Below, one piece after another: positions 23,748 to 38,700 of a stretch of DNA of 64,000 bases. Under the pieces are notes generated by a model, which saw only the letters and a list, made by a program, of their open reading frames with translations, did not search any database and was not told the origin of the DNA. Position numbers and translations under genes: made by a program. Positions within the stretch are counted from its first letter, which is position 1. Every line of letters begins with the position of its first letter. This DNA is from Rhynchopus sp. YZ270_cl-10. Lineage: Eukaryota. Where the stretch lies: NCBI GenBank assembly GCA_964035575.1, contig OZ037838.1, forward strand, positions 1,984,001 through 2,048,000. The letters run 5' to 3'.

Positions 23748-26700
23748 ATCCTAAAAAACCTTAGTTTTTTAGTCTTTACTATAGAGATGTGCGCCACCCA
23801 CACCACACACACTACACACCCACACACAGCACACCCACACACACCCACACACACACACACACACACCCCCTCACCACCAGGGGGATTTGACCAAAAAATC
23901 GATTTTTTTAAATAAATAGTTGCTCATCCAAAAGTGAATTTTTTGGGCTTAACGTGTTGTTTGGGGGCATTGAGGCCCAAAAAAAAAATCCTAAAAAACC
24001 TTAGTTTTTTAGTCTTTACTATAGAGATGTGCGCCACCCACACCACACACACTACACACCCACACACAGCACACCCACACACACCCACACACCCACACAC
24101 ACACCCCCTCACCACCAGAGGGGATTTGACCAAAAAATCGATTTTTTTAAATAAATAGTTGCTCATCCAAAAGTGAATTTTTTGGGCTTAACGTGTTGTT
24201 TGGGGGCATTGAGGCCCAAAAAAAAAATTTAAGACAGTCCTGTTGAAAAAATGGACTGCCAAATGACATGTGGCATTCGGCCAAAAAGCAGCTTTTTTGG
24301 TCATTTTTACCTTGTAAAACATGACACTTGTGGCATGCTTCCCAGTACACAAAAGTGTATTGAAAAACCTGAAAAAACACATGTAATATGTGATGGTCAA
24401 AAGTGCAAGGTTCATTCGTTAATGAACTTTTTGAGTACCAGTTATACCTGGGGAATATGGTCAGATCACTCTTCAGACCAGCTGGAGTTTACCACAAAAA
24501 CACCACTTTTTACAGGCCACTTTTAAAGCAGTTCATGAAGGCATGAGTGAGGTTTTTTTGTACACGTTACCGTGAGCGGGCGCGCGAAGCGCGCACGCGA
24601 ACGCCCCGCGGGAAGCGAATAGCTGACCGCCTGCCCAGTGTGTGAGGTCCATACAAAAAAAACCACCTGTAAAAAAAGGTGAGGTCCTCCTCATGTTTCC
24701 ATGGAAGTGTCACACAAGAACGACAGGTTTTTTAGCCCGTCACCAAATCCTAAAAAACCTTAGTTTTTTAGTCTTTACTATAGAGATGTGCGCCACCCAC
24801 ACCACACACACTACACACCCACACAGAGCACACCCACACACACCCACACACACACACACACACACCCCCTCACCACCAGGGGGATTTGACCAAAAAATCG
24901 ATTTTTTTAAATAAATAGTTGCTCATCCAAAAGTGAATTTTTTGGGCTTAACGTGTTGTTTGGGGGTATTGAGGCCCAAAAAAAAATTTTTTTTCAGTCG
25001 TGTTCAGAAATTGGACTGCCAAATGACATGTGGCATTCGGCCAAAAATCCTAAAAAACCTTAGTTTTTTAGTCTTTACTATAGAGATGTGCGCCACCCAC
25101 ACCACACACACTACACACCCACACACAGCACACCCACACACACCCACACACACACACACACACCCCCTCACCACCAGGGGGATTTGACCAAAAAATCGAT
25201 TTTTTTAAATAAATAGTTGCTCATCCAAAAGTGAATTTTTTGGGCTTAACGTGTTGTTTGGGGGTATTGAGGCCCAAAAAAATTTTTTTTTTCAGTCGTG
25301 TTCAGAAATTGGACTGCCAAATGACATGTGGCATTCGGCCAAAAATCAGCTTTTTTGGTCATTTTTACCTTGTAAAACATGACACTTGTGGCATGCTTCC
25401 CAGTACAGGAAAGTGCATTGAAAAACCTGAAAAAACACATGTAATATGTGATGGTCAAACGTGCAAGATTCCTTCGTTAATGAACTTTTTGAGTACCAGT
25501 TATACCTGGGGAATATGGTCAGATCACTCTTTTGACCATCTGTCATGTACCACAAAAACACCACTTTTTAACAGGGCACTTTTCACCTGAAAAGCCAGTT
25601 CATGAAGGCATGAGTGAGGTTTTTTTGTGATGCGTTACCGTGAGCGGGCGCGCGAAGCGCGCACGCGAACGCCCCGCGGGAAGCGAATAGCTGACCGCCT
25701 GCCCAGTGCGTGAGGTGCTTACAAAAAAAACCACCTGTAAAAAAAGGTGAGGTCCTCATCACGTTTCCATGGAAGTGTCACACAAGAACGACAGGTTTTT
25801 TAGCCCGTCACCAAATCAGCTTTTTTGGTCATTTTTACCTTGTAAAACATGACACTTGTGGCATGCTTCCCAGTACAGGAAAGTGCATTGAAAAACCTGA
25901 AAAAACACATGTAATATGTGATGGTCAAAAGTGCAAGATTCCTTCGTTAATGAACTTTTTGAGTACCAGTTATACCTGGGGAATATGGTCAGATCACTCT
26001 TTTGACCATCTGTCATGTACCACAAAAACACCACTTTTTAACAGGGCACTTTTCACCTGAAAAGCCAGTTCATGAAGGCATGAGTGAGGTTTTTTTGTGA
26101 CGCGAACGCCCCGCGGGAAGCGAATAGCTGACCGCCTGCCCAGTGCGTGAGGAAAAAAAGTGTGGTCCTCATCACGTTTCCATGGAAGTGTCACACAAGA
26201 ACGACAGGTTTTTTAGCCCGTCACCAAATCGATTTTTTTAAATAAATCCTAAAAAACCTTAGTTTTTTAGTCTTTACTATAGAGATGTGCGCCACCCACA
26301 CCACACACACTACACACCCACACACAGCACACCCACACACACCCACACACACACACACACACACCCCCTCACCATCCAGAGGGGATTTGACCAAAAAATC
26401 GATTTTTTTAAATAAATAGTTGCTCATCCAAAAGTGAATTTTTTGGGCTTAACGTGTTGTTTGGGGGTATTGAGGCCCAAAAAAATTTTTTTTTTCAGTC
26501 GTGTTCAGAAATTGGACTGCCAAATGACATGTGGCATTCGGCCAAAAATCAGCTTTTTTGGTCATTTTTACCTTGTAAAACATGACACTTGTGGCATGCT
26601 TCCCAGTACAGGAAAGTGCATTGAAAAACCTGAAAAAACACATGTAATATGTGATGGTCAAACGTGCAAGATTCCTTCGTTAATGAACTTTTTGAGTACC

Positions 26701-29700
26701 AGTTATACCTGGGGAATATGGTCAGATCACTCTTTTGACCATCTGTCATGTACCACAAAAACACCACTTTTTAACAGGGCACTTTTCACCTGAAAAGCCA
26801 GTTCATGAAGGCATGAGTGAGGTTTTTTTGTGATGCGTTACCGTGAGCGGGCGCGCGAAGCGCGCACGCGAACGCCCCGCGGGAAGCGAATAGCTGACCG
26901 CCTGCCCAGTGCGTGAGGTGCTTACAAAAAAAACCACCTGTAAAAAAAGGTGAGGTCCTCATCACGTTTCCATGGAAGTGTCACACAAGAACGACAGGTT
27001 TTTTAGCCCGTCACCAAATCAGCTTTTTTGGTCATTTTTACCTTGTAAAACATGACACTTGTGGCATGCTTCCCAGTACAGGAAAGTGCATTGAAAAACC
27101 TGAAAAAACACATGTAATATGTGATGGTCAAAAGTGCAAGATTCCTTCGTTAATGAACTTTTTGAGTACCAGTTATACCTGGGGAATATGGTCAGATCAC
27201 TCTTTTGACCATCTGTCATGTACCACAAAAACACCACTTTTTAACAGGGCACTTTTCACCTGAAAAGCCAGTTCATGAAGGCATGAGTGAGGTTTTTTTG
27301 TGACGCGAACGCCCCGCGGGAAGCGAATAGCTGACCGCCTGCCCAGTGCGTGAGGAAAAAAAGTGTGGTCCTCATCACGTTTCCATGGAAGTGTCACACA
27401 AGAACGACAGGTTTTTTAGCCCGTCACCAAATCGATTTTTTTAAATAAATCCTAAAAAACCTTAGTTTTTTAGTCTTTACTATAGAGATGTGCGCCACCC
27501 ACACCACACACACTACACACCCACACACAGCACACCCACACACACCCACACACACACACACACACACCCCCTCACCATCCAGAGGGGATTTGACCAAAAA
27601 ATCGATTTTTTTAAATAAATAGTTGCTCATCCAAAAGTGAATTTTTTGGGCTTAACGTGTTGTTTGGGGGTATTGAGGCCCAAAAAAAAAATTTAAGACA
27701 GTCCTGTTCAAAAAATGGACTGCCAAATGACATGTGGCATTAGGCCAAAAATCAGCTTTTTTGGTCATTTTTACCTTGTAAAAACATGACACTTGTGGCA
27801 TGCTTCCCAGCACACAATAGTGCAAAAAAGTCACCCTAGAGTTTTTTTGTACACGTTACCGCGAGCGGGCGCGCGAAGCGCGCACGCGAGCGCCCCGTGG
27901 GGAGCGAATAGCGGACCACCTGCCCAGTGCGTGAGGTGCTTACAAAAAAAACCACCTGAAAAAAAAGTGTCATCACGTTTCCATGGAAGTGTCACAAGAA
28001 CGACAGGTTTTTTAGCCCGTCACCAAAATAGTTGCTCATCCAAAAGTGAATTTTTTGGGCTTAACGTGTTGTTTGGGGGTATTGAGGCCCAAAAAAAAAT
28101 TTTTTTTCAGTCGTGTTCAGAAATCCTAAAAAACCTTAGTTTTTTAGTCTTTACTATAGAGATGTGCGCCACCCACACCACACACACTACACACCCACAC
28201 ACAGCACACCCACACACACCCACACACACACACACACACACCCCCTCACCATCCAGAGGGGATTTGACCAAAAAATCGATTTTTTTAAATAAATAGTTGC
28301 TCATCCAAAAGTGAATTTTTTGGGCTTAACGTGTTGTTTGGGGGTATTGAGGCCCAAAAAAAAATTTTTTTTCAGTCGTGTTCAGAAATCCTAAAAAACC
28401 TTAGTTTTTTAGTCTTTACTATAGAGATGTGCGCCACCCACACCACACACACTACACACCCACACACAGCACACCCACACACACCCACACACACACACAC
28501 ACACACCCCCTCACCATCCAGAGGGGATTTGACCAAAAAATCGATTTTTTTAAATAAATAGTTGCTCATCCAAAAGTGAATTTTTTGGGCTTAACGTGTT
28601 GTTTGGGGGTATTGAGGCCCAAAAAAAAAATTTAAGACAGTCCTGTTCAAAAAATGGACTGCCAAATGACATGTGGCATTAGGCCAAAAATCAGCTTTTT
28701 TGGTCATTTTTACCTTGTAAAAACATGACACTTGTGGCATGCTTCCCAGCACACAATAGTGCAAAAAAGTCACCCTAGAGTTTTTTTGTACACGTTACCG
28801 CGAGCGGGCGCGCGAAGCGCGCACGCGAGCGCCCCGTGGGGAGCGAATAGCGGACCACCTGCCCAGTGCGTGAGGTGCTTACAAAAAAAACCACCTGAAA
28901 AAAAAGTGTCATCACGTTTCCATGGAAGTGTCACAAGAACGACAGGTTTTTTAGCCCGTCACCAAATTGGACTGCCAAATGACATGTGGCATTCGGCCAA
29001 AAATCAGCTTTTTTGGTCATTTTTACCTTGTAAAACATGACACTTGTGGCATGCTTCCCAGTACAGGAAAGTGCATTGAAAAACCTGAAAAAACACATGT
29101 AATATGTGATGGTCAAAAGTGCAAGATTCCTTCGTTAATGAACTTTTTGAGTACCAGTTATACCTGGGGAATATGGTCAGATCACTCTTTTGACCATCTG
29201 GCGTTTACCACAAAAACACCACTTGTTACAGGCCACTTTACAGGCCAGTTCGTGAAGGCACGAGTGAGGTTTTTTTGTACACGTTACCGTGAGCGGGCGC
29301 GCGAAGCGCGCACGCGAACGCCCCGCGGGAAGCGAATAGCTGACCGCCTGCCCAGTGTGTGAGGTCCTTACAAAAAAAACCACCTGTAAAAAAAGGTGAG
29401 GTCCTCATCACGTTTCCATGGAAGTGTCACACAAGAACGACAGGTTTTTTAGCCCGTCACCAAATGACTAAGAGGCACTGGGGCGACTACAGACATTATC
29501 ATCCACTGAAAAGAAACTGAAAAGAAAAACAAATGGAACAACAATAACACAAACGGGGCAGAAGGAACACCGGCACCACAGGGTGTGTGAGACACTGTGA
29601 AATTCGCTGAAATCGCAGGGCTACTCCAGAAAACTGTGAGGGGGGTGGGAAATCCTAAAAAACCTTAGTTTTTTAGTCTTTACTATAGAGATGTGCGCCA

Positions 29701-32700
29701 CCCACACCACACACACTACACACCCACACACAGCACACCCACACACACCCACACACACACACACACACACCCCCTCACCACCAGGGGGATTTGACCAAAA
29801 AATCGATTTTTTTTTAAAAAAAATAGTTGCTCATCCAAAAGTGAATTTTTTGGGCTTAACGTGTTGTTTGGGGGTATTGAGGCCCAAAAAAAAATTTTTT
29901 TTCAGTCGTGTTCAGAAATTGGACTGCCAAATGACATGTGGCATTCGGCCAAAAATCAGCTTTTTTGGTCATTTTTACCTTGTAAAACATGACACTTGTG
30001 GCATGCTTCCCAGTACAGGAAAGTGCATTGAAAAACCTGAAAAAACACATGTAATATGTGATGGTCAAAAGTGCAAGATTCCTTCGTTAATGAACTTTTT
30101 GAGTACCAGTTATACCTGGGGAATATGGTCAGATCACTCTTTTGACCATCTGTCATGTACCACAAAAACACCACTTTTTAACAGGGCACATTTCACCTGA
30201 AAAGCCAGTTCATGAAGGCATGAGTGAGGTTTTTTTGTGATGCGTTACCGTGAGCGGGCGCGCGAAGCGCGCACGCGAACGCCCCGCGGGAAGCGAATAG
30301 CTGACCGCCTGCCCAGTGCGTGAGGTGCTTACAAAAAAAACCACCTGTAAAAAAAGTGTGGTCCTCATCACGTTTCCATGGAAGTGTCATACAAGAACGA
30401 CAGGTTTTTTAGCCCGTCACCAAATCAGCTTTTTTGGTCATTTTTACCTTGTAAAACATGACACTTGTGGCATGCTTCCCAGTACAGGAAAGTGCATTGA
30501 AAAACCTGAAAAAACACATGTAATATGTGATGGTCAAAAGTGCAAGATTCCTTCGTTAATGCATTTTTTGAGTACCAGTTATACCTGGGGAATATGGTAA
30601 GATCACTCTTCAGACCAGCTGGAGTTTACCACAAAAACACCACTTTTTACAGGCCACTTTTAAAGCAGTTCATGAAGGCATGAGTGAGGTTTTTTTGTAC
30701 ACGTTACCGTGAGCGGGCGCGCGAAGCGCGCACGCGAACGCCCCGCGGGAAGCGAATAGCTGACCGCCTGCCCAGTGTGTGAGGTCCATACAAAAAAAAC
30801 CACCTGTAAAAAAAGGTGAGGTCCTCCTCATGTTTCCATGGAAGTGTCACACAAGAACGACAGGTTTTTTAGCCCGTCACCAAATCCTAAAAAACCTTAG
30901 TTTTTTAGTCTTTACTTTTGAGATGTGCGCCACCCACACCACACACACTACACACCCACACACAGCACACCCCCCACACACACACACACACACACCCCCT
31001 CACCACCAGGGGGATTTGACCAAAAAATCCTAAAAAACCTTAGTTTTTTAGTCTTTACTATAGAGATGTGCGCCACCCACACCACACACACTACACACCC
31101 ACACACAGCACACCCACACACACCCACACACACACACACACACACCCCCTCACCACCAGGGGGATTTGACCAAAAAATCGATTTTTTTAAATAAATAGTT
31201 GCTCATCCAAAAGTGAATTTTTTGGGCTTAACGTGTTGTTTGGGGGTATTGAGGCCCAAAAAAAAATTTTTTTTCAGTCGTGTTCAGAAAATGGACTGCC
31301 AAATGACATGTGGCATTCGGCCAAAAATCAGCTTTTTTGGTCATTTTTACCTTGTAAAACATGACACTTGTGGCATGCTTCCCAGTACAGGAAAGTGCAT
31401 TGAAAAACCTGAAAAAACACATGTAATATGTCATGGTCAAAAGTGCAAGATTCCTTCGTTAATGAACTTTTTGAGTACCAGTTATACCTGGGGAATATGG
31501 TCAGATCACTCTTTTGACCATCTGTCATGTGCCACAAAAACACCACTTTTTAACAGGGCACTTTTCACCTGAAAAGCCAGTTCATGAAGGCATGAGTGAG
31601 GTTTTTTTGTGATGCGTTACCGTGAGCGGGCGCGCGAAGCGCGCACGCGAACGCCCCGCGGGAAGCGAATAGCTGACCGCCTGCCCAGTGCGTGAGGTGC
31701 TTACAAAAAAAACCACCTGTAAAAAAAGTGTGGTCCTCATCACGTTTCCATGGAAGTGTCACACAAGAACGACAGGTTTTTTAGCCCGTCACCAAATCCT
31801 AAAAAACCTTAGTTTTTTAGTCTTTACTATAGAGATGTGCGCCACCCACACCACACACACTACACACCCACACACAGCACACCCACACACACCCACACAC
31901 ACACACACACACACCCCCTCACCACCAGAGGGGATTTGACCAAAAAATCGATTTTTTTAAATAAATAGTTGCTCATCCAAAAGTGAATTTTTTGGGCTTA
32001 ACGTGTTGTTTGGGGGTATTGAGGCCCAAAAAAAAAATTTAAGACAGTCCTGTTCAAAAAATGGACTGCCAAATGACATGTGGCATTCGGCCAAAAATCA
32101 GCTTTTTTGGTCATTTTTACCTTGTAAAAACATGACACTTGTGGCATGCTTCCCAGCACACAATAGTGCAAAAAAGTCACCCTAGAGTTTTTTTGTACAC
32201 GTTACCGCGAGCGGGCGCGCGAAGCGCGCACGCGAGCGCCCCGTGGGGAGCGAATAGCGGACCACCTGCCCAGTGCGTGAGGTGCTTACAAAAAAAACCA
32301 CCTGAAAAAAAAGTGTCATCACGTTTCCATGGAAGTGTCACAAGAACGACAGGTTTTTTAGCCCGTCACCAAATCGATTTTTTTAAATAAATAGTTGCTC
32401 ATCCAAAAGTGAATATTTTGGGCTTAACGTGTTGTTTGGGGGTATTGAGGCCCAAAAAAAAAATTTAAGACAGTCCTGTTCAAAAAATGGACTGCCAAAT
32501 GACATGTGGCATTCGGCCAAAAATCAGCTTTTTTGGTCATTTTTACCTTGTAAAACATGACACTTGTGGCATGCTTCCCAGTACACAAAAGTGTATTGAA
32601 AAACCTGAAAAAACACATGTAATATGTGATGGTCAAAAGTGCAAGATTCCTTCGTTAATGAACTTTTTGAGTACCAGTTATACCTGGGGAATATGGTCAG

Positions 32701-35700
32701 ATCACTCTTCAGACCAGCTGGAGTTTACCACAAAAACACCACTTTTTACAGGCCACTTTTAAAGCAGTTCATGAAGGCATGAGTGAGGTTTTTTTGTACA
32801 CGTTACCGTGAGCGGGCGCGCGAAGCGCGCACGCGAACGCCCCGCGGGAAGCGAATAGCTGACCGCCTGCCCAGTGTGTGAGGTCCATACAAAAAAAACC
32901 ACCTGTAAAAAAAGGTGAGGTCCTCCTCATGTTTCCATGGAAGTGTCACACAAGAACGACAGGTTTTTTAGCCCGTCACCAAATCCTAAAAAACCTTAGT
33001 TTTTTAGTCTTTACTATAGAGATGTGCGCCACCCACACCACACACACTACACACCCACACACAGCACACCCACACACACCCACACACACACACACACACA
33101 CACCCCCTCACCACCAGAGGGGATTTGACCAAAAAATCGATTTTTTTAAATAAATAGTTGCTCATCCAAAAGTGAATTTTTTGGGCTTAACGTGTTGTTT
33201 GGGGGTATTGAGGCCCAAAAAAAAAATTTAAGACAGTCCTGTTCAAAAAATGGACTGCCAAATGACATGTGGCATTAGGCCAAAAATCAGCTTTTTTGGT
33301 CATTTTTACCTTGTAAAAACATGACACTTGTGGCATGCTTCCCAGCACACAATAGTGCAAAAAAGTCACCCTAGAGTTTTTTTGTACACGTTACCGCGAG
33401 CGGGCGCGCGAAGCGCGCACGCGAGCGCCCCGTGGGGAGCGAATAGCGGACCACCTGCCCAGTGCGTGAGGTGCTTACAAAAAAAACCACCTGAAAAAAA
33501 AGTGTCATCACGTTTCCATGGAAGTGTCACAAGAACGACAGGTTTTTTAGCCCGTCACCAAATCGATTTTTTTAAATAAATAGTTGCTCATCCAAAAGTG
33601 AATATTTTGGGCTTAACGTGTTGTTTGGGGGTATTGAGGCCCAAAAAAAAAATTTAAGACAGTCCTGTTCAAAAAATGGACTGCCAAATGACATGTGGCA
33701 TTCGGCCAAAAATCAGCTTTTTTGGTCATTTTTACCTTGTAAAACATGACACTTGTGGCATGCTTCCCAGTACACAAAAGTGTATTGAAAAACCTGAAAA
33801 AACACATGTAATATGTGATGGTCAAAAGTGCAAGATTCCTTCGTTAATGAACTTTTTGAGTACCAGTTATACCTGGGGAATATGGTCAGATCACTCTTCA
33901 GACCAGCTGGAGTTTACCACAAAAACACCACTTTTTACAGGCCACTTTTAAAGCAGTTCATGAAGGCATGAGTGAGGTTTTTTTGTACACGTTACCGTGA
34001 GCGGGCGCGCGAAGCGCGCACGCGAACGCCCCGCGGGAAGCGAATAGCTGACCGCCTGCCCAGTGTGTGAGGTCCATACAAAAAAAACCACGTGTAAAAA
34101 AAGGTGAGGTCCTCCTCATGTTTCCATGGAAGTGTCACACAAGAACGACAGGTTTTTTAGCCCGTCACCAAATTTTTTTTCAGTCGTGTTCAGAAATTGG
34201 ACTGCCAAATGACATGTGGCATTCGGCCAAAAATCAGCTTTTTTGGTCATTTTTACCTTGTAAAACATGACACTTGTGGCATGCTTCCCAGTACAGGAAA
34301 GTGCATTGAAAAACCTGAAAAAACACATGTAATATGTGATGGTCAAAAGTGCAAGATTCCTTCGTTAATGAACTTTTTGAGTACCAGTTATACCTGGGGA
34401 ATATGGTCAGATCACTCTTTTGACCATCTGTCATGTACCACAAAAACACCACTTTTTAACAGGGCACTTTTCACCTGAAAAGCCAGTTCATGAAGGCATG
34501 AGTGAGGTTTTTTTGTGATGCGTTACCGTGAGCGGGCGCGCGAAGCGCGCACGCGAACGCCCCGCGGGAAGCGAATAGCTGACCGCCTGCCCAGTGTGTG
34601 AGGTGCTTACAAAAAAAACCACCTGTAAAAAAAAGTGAGGTCCTCATCACGTTTCCATGGAAGTGTCACACAAGAACGACAGGTTTTTTAGCCCGTCACC
34701 AAATCAGCTTTTTTGGTCATTTTTACCTTGTAAAACATGACACTTGTGGCATGCTTCCCAGCACAGGAAAGTGCATTGAAAAACCTGAAAAAACACATCT
34801 AATATGTGATGGTCAAAAGTGCAAGATTCCTTCGTTAATGAACTTTTTGAGTACCAGTTATACCTGGGGAATATGGTCAGATCACTCTTTTGACCATCTG
34901 GCGTTTACGACAAAAACACCACTTTTTAACAGGCCACTTTACAGGCACAAGTAAGGTTTTTTTGTACACGTTACCGTGAGCGGGCGCGCGAAGCGCGCAT
35001 GCGAACGCCCCGCGGGAAGCGAATAGCTGACCGCCTGCCCAGTGTGTGAGGTGCTTACAAAAAAAACCACCTGTAAAAAAAAGTGAGGTCCTCATCACGT
35101 TTCCATGGAAGTGTCACACAAGAACGACAGGTTTTTTAGCCCGTCACCAAATCCTAAAAAACCTTAGTTTTTTAGTCTTTACTATAGAGATGTGCGCCAC
35201 CCACACCACACACACTACACACCCACACACAGCACACCCACACACACCCACACACACACACACACACACCCCCTCACCACCAGAGGGGATTTGACCAAAA
35301 AATCGATTTTTTTAAATAAATAGTTGCTCATCCAAAAGTGAATTTTTTGGGCTTAACGTGTTGTTTGGGGGCATTGAGGCCCAAAAAAAAAATTTAAGAC
35401 AGTCCTGTTGAAAAAATGGACTGCCAAATGACATGTGGCATTCGGCCAAAAAGCAGCTTTTTTGGTCATTTTTACCTTGTAAAACATGACACTTGTGGCA
35501 TGCTTCCCAGTACACAAAAGTGTATTGAAAAACCTGAAAAAACACATGTAATATGTGATGGTCAAAAGTGCAAGGTTCATTCGTTAATGAACTTTTTGAG
35601 TACCAGTTATACCTGGGGAATATGGTCAGATCACTCTTCAGACCAGCTGGAGTTTACCACAAAAACACCACTTTTTACAGGCCACTTTTAAAGCAGTTCA

Positions 35701-38700
35701 TGAAGGCATGAGTGAGGTTTTTTTGTACACGTTACCGTGAGCGGGCGCGCGAAGCGCGCACGCGAACGCCCCGCGGGAAGCGAATAGCTGACCGCCTGCC
35801 CAGTGTGTGAGGTCCATACAAAAAAAACCACCTGTAAAAAAAGGTGAGGTCCTCCTCATGTTTCCATGGAAGTGTCACACAAGAACGACAGGTTTTTTAG
35901 CCCGTCACCAAATCCTAAAAAACCTTAGTTTTTTAGTCTTTACTATAGAGATGTGCGCCACCCACACCACACACACTACACACCCACACAGAGCACACCC
36001 ACACACACCCACACACACACACACACACACCCCCTCACCACCAGGGGGATTTGACCAAAAAATCGATTTTTTTAAATAAATAGTTGCTCATCCAAAAGTG
36101 AATTTTTTGGGCTTAACGTGTTGTTTGGGGGTATTGAGGCCCAAAAAAAAATTTTTTTTCAGTCGTGTTCAGAAATTGGACTGCCAAATGACATGTGGCA
36201 TTCGGCCAAAAATCAGCTTTTTTGGTCATTTTTACCTTGTAAAACATGACACTTGTGGCATGCTTCCCAGTACAGGAAAGTGCATTGAAAAACCTGAAAA
36301 AACACATGTAATATGTGATGGTCAAAAGTGCAAGATTCCTTCGTTAATGAACTTTTTGAGTACCAGTTATACCTGGGGAATATGGTCAGATCACTCTTTT
36401 GACCGTCTGGCGTTTACCACAAAAACACCACTTTTTACAGGCCACTTTACAGGCCAGTTCGTGAAGGCACGAGTGAGGTTTTTTTGTACACGTTACCGTG
36501 AGCGGGCGCGCGAAGCGCGCACGCGAACGCCCCGCGGGAAGCGAATAGCTGACCGCCTGCCCAGTGTGTGAGGTCCTTACAAAAAAAACCACCTGTAAAA
36601 AAAGGTGAGGTCCTCATCACGTTTCCATGGAAGTGTCACACAAGAACGACAGGTTTTTTAGCCCGTCACCAAATCCTAAAAAACCTTAGTTTTTTAGTCT
36701 TTACTATAGAGATGTGCGCCACCCACACCACACACACTACACACACACACCCACACACACCCACACACACCCACACACACACACACACACCCCCTCACCA
36801 CCAGAGGGGATTTGACCAAAAAATCGATTTTTTTAAATAAATAGTTGCTCATCCAAAAGTGAATTTTTTGGGCTTAACGTGTTGTTTGGGGGTATTGAGG
36901 CCCAAAAAAAAATTTTTTTTCAGTCGTGTTCAGAAATTGGACTGCCAAATGACATGTGGCATTCGGCCAAAAATCAGCTTTTTTGGTCATTTTTGCCTTG
37001 TAAAACATGACACTTGTGGCATGCTTCCCAGTACAGGAAAGTGCATTGAAAAACCTGAAAAAACACATCTAATATGTGATGGTCAAAAGTGCAAGATTCC
37101 TTCGTTAATGAACTTTTTGAGTACCAGTTATACCTGGGGAATATGCTCAGATCACTCTTTTGACCATCTGGCGTTTACCACAAAAACACCACTTTTTACA
37201 GGCCACTTTACAGGCCAGTTCATGAAGGCACGAGTGAGGTTTTTTTGTACACGTTACCGTGAGCGGGCGCGCGAAGCGCGCACGCGAACGCCCCGCGGGA
37301 AGCGAATAGCTGACCGCCTGCCCAGTGTGTGAGGTCCTTACAAAAAAAACCACCTGTAAAAAAAGGTGAGGTCCTCATCACGTTTCCATGGAAGTGTCAC
37401 ACAAGAACGACAGGTTTTTTAGCCCGTCACCAAATCCTAAAAAACCTTAGTTTTTTAGTCTTTACTATAGAGATGTGCGCCACCCACACCACACACACTA
37501 CACACCCACACACAGCACACCCACACACACCCACACGCACACACACACACACCCCCTCACCACCAGAGGGGATTTGACCAAAAAATCGATTTTTTTAAAT
37601 AAATAGTTGCTCATCCAAAAGTGAATTTTTTGGGCTTAACGTGTTGTTTGGGGGTATTGAGGCCCAAAAAAAAATTTTTTTTCAGTCGTGTTCAGAAATT
37701 GGACTGCCAAATGACATGTGGCATTCGGCCAAAAATCCTAAAAAACCTTAGTTTTTTAGTCTTTACTATAGAGATGTGCGCCACCCACACCACACACACT
37801 ACACACCCACACACAGCACACCCACACACACCCACACACACACACACACACACCCCCTCACCACCAGAGGGGATTTGACCAAAAAATCGATTTTTTTATA
37901 TAAATAGTTGCTCATCAGAAAGTGAATTTTTTGGGCTTAACGTGTTGTTTGGGGGTATTGAGGCCCAAAAAAAAATTTTTTTTCAGTCGTGTTCAGAAAA
38001 TGGACTGCCAAATGACATGTGGCATTCGGCCAAAAATCAGCTTTTTTGGTCATTTTTACCTTGTAAAACATGACACTTGTGGCATGCTTCCCAGCACAGG
38101 AAAGTGCATTGAAAAACCTGAAAAAACACATCTAATATGTGATGGTCAAAAGTGCAAGATTCCTTCGTTAATGAACTTTTTGAGTACCAGTTATACCTGG
38201 GGAATATGGTCAGATCACTCTTTTGACCATCTGGCGTTTACGACAAAAACACCACTTTTTAACAGGCCACTTTACAGGCACAAGTGAAGTTTTTTTGTAC
38301 ACGTTACCGTGAGCGGGCGCGCGAAGCGCGCACGCGAACGCCCTGCGGGAAGAGAATAGCGGACCACCTGCCCAGTGCGTGAGGTGCAGGGCTTCCCACA
38401 GGGGGGACCAGGGGGGACCACTGGTCCCCCTGGGGGAAAATAAAAATAATAAGGGGGGACCAGGGGGGACCAGCCTGCCCTTGAGTGTTCCGAGGCTGCC
38501 TATTAGGAATTTTCCACATTTTTTTTAATTTTTCCCACCCTCCCGTCCCCGCGCATCCAAATACAGGCAACTACACGACGGTGATGTACAGTACATTACA
38601 AGTGAAGTTACATGTAACGTTACAAGTGAGTTACAAGTGAGTTACAAGTGGGATACATGAATTACAGGCAAAATCCTAAAAAACCTTAGTTTTTTAGTCT

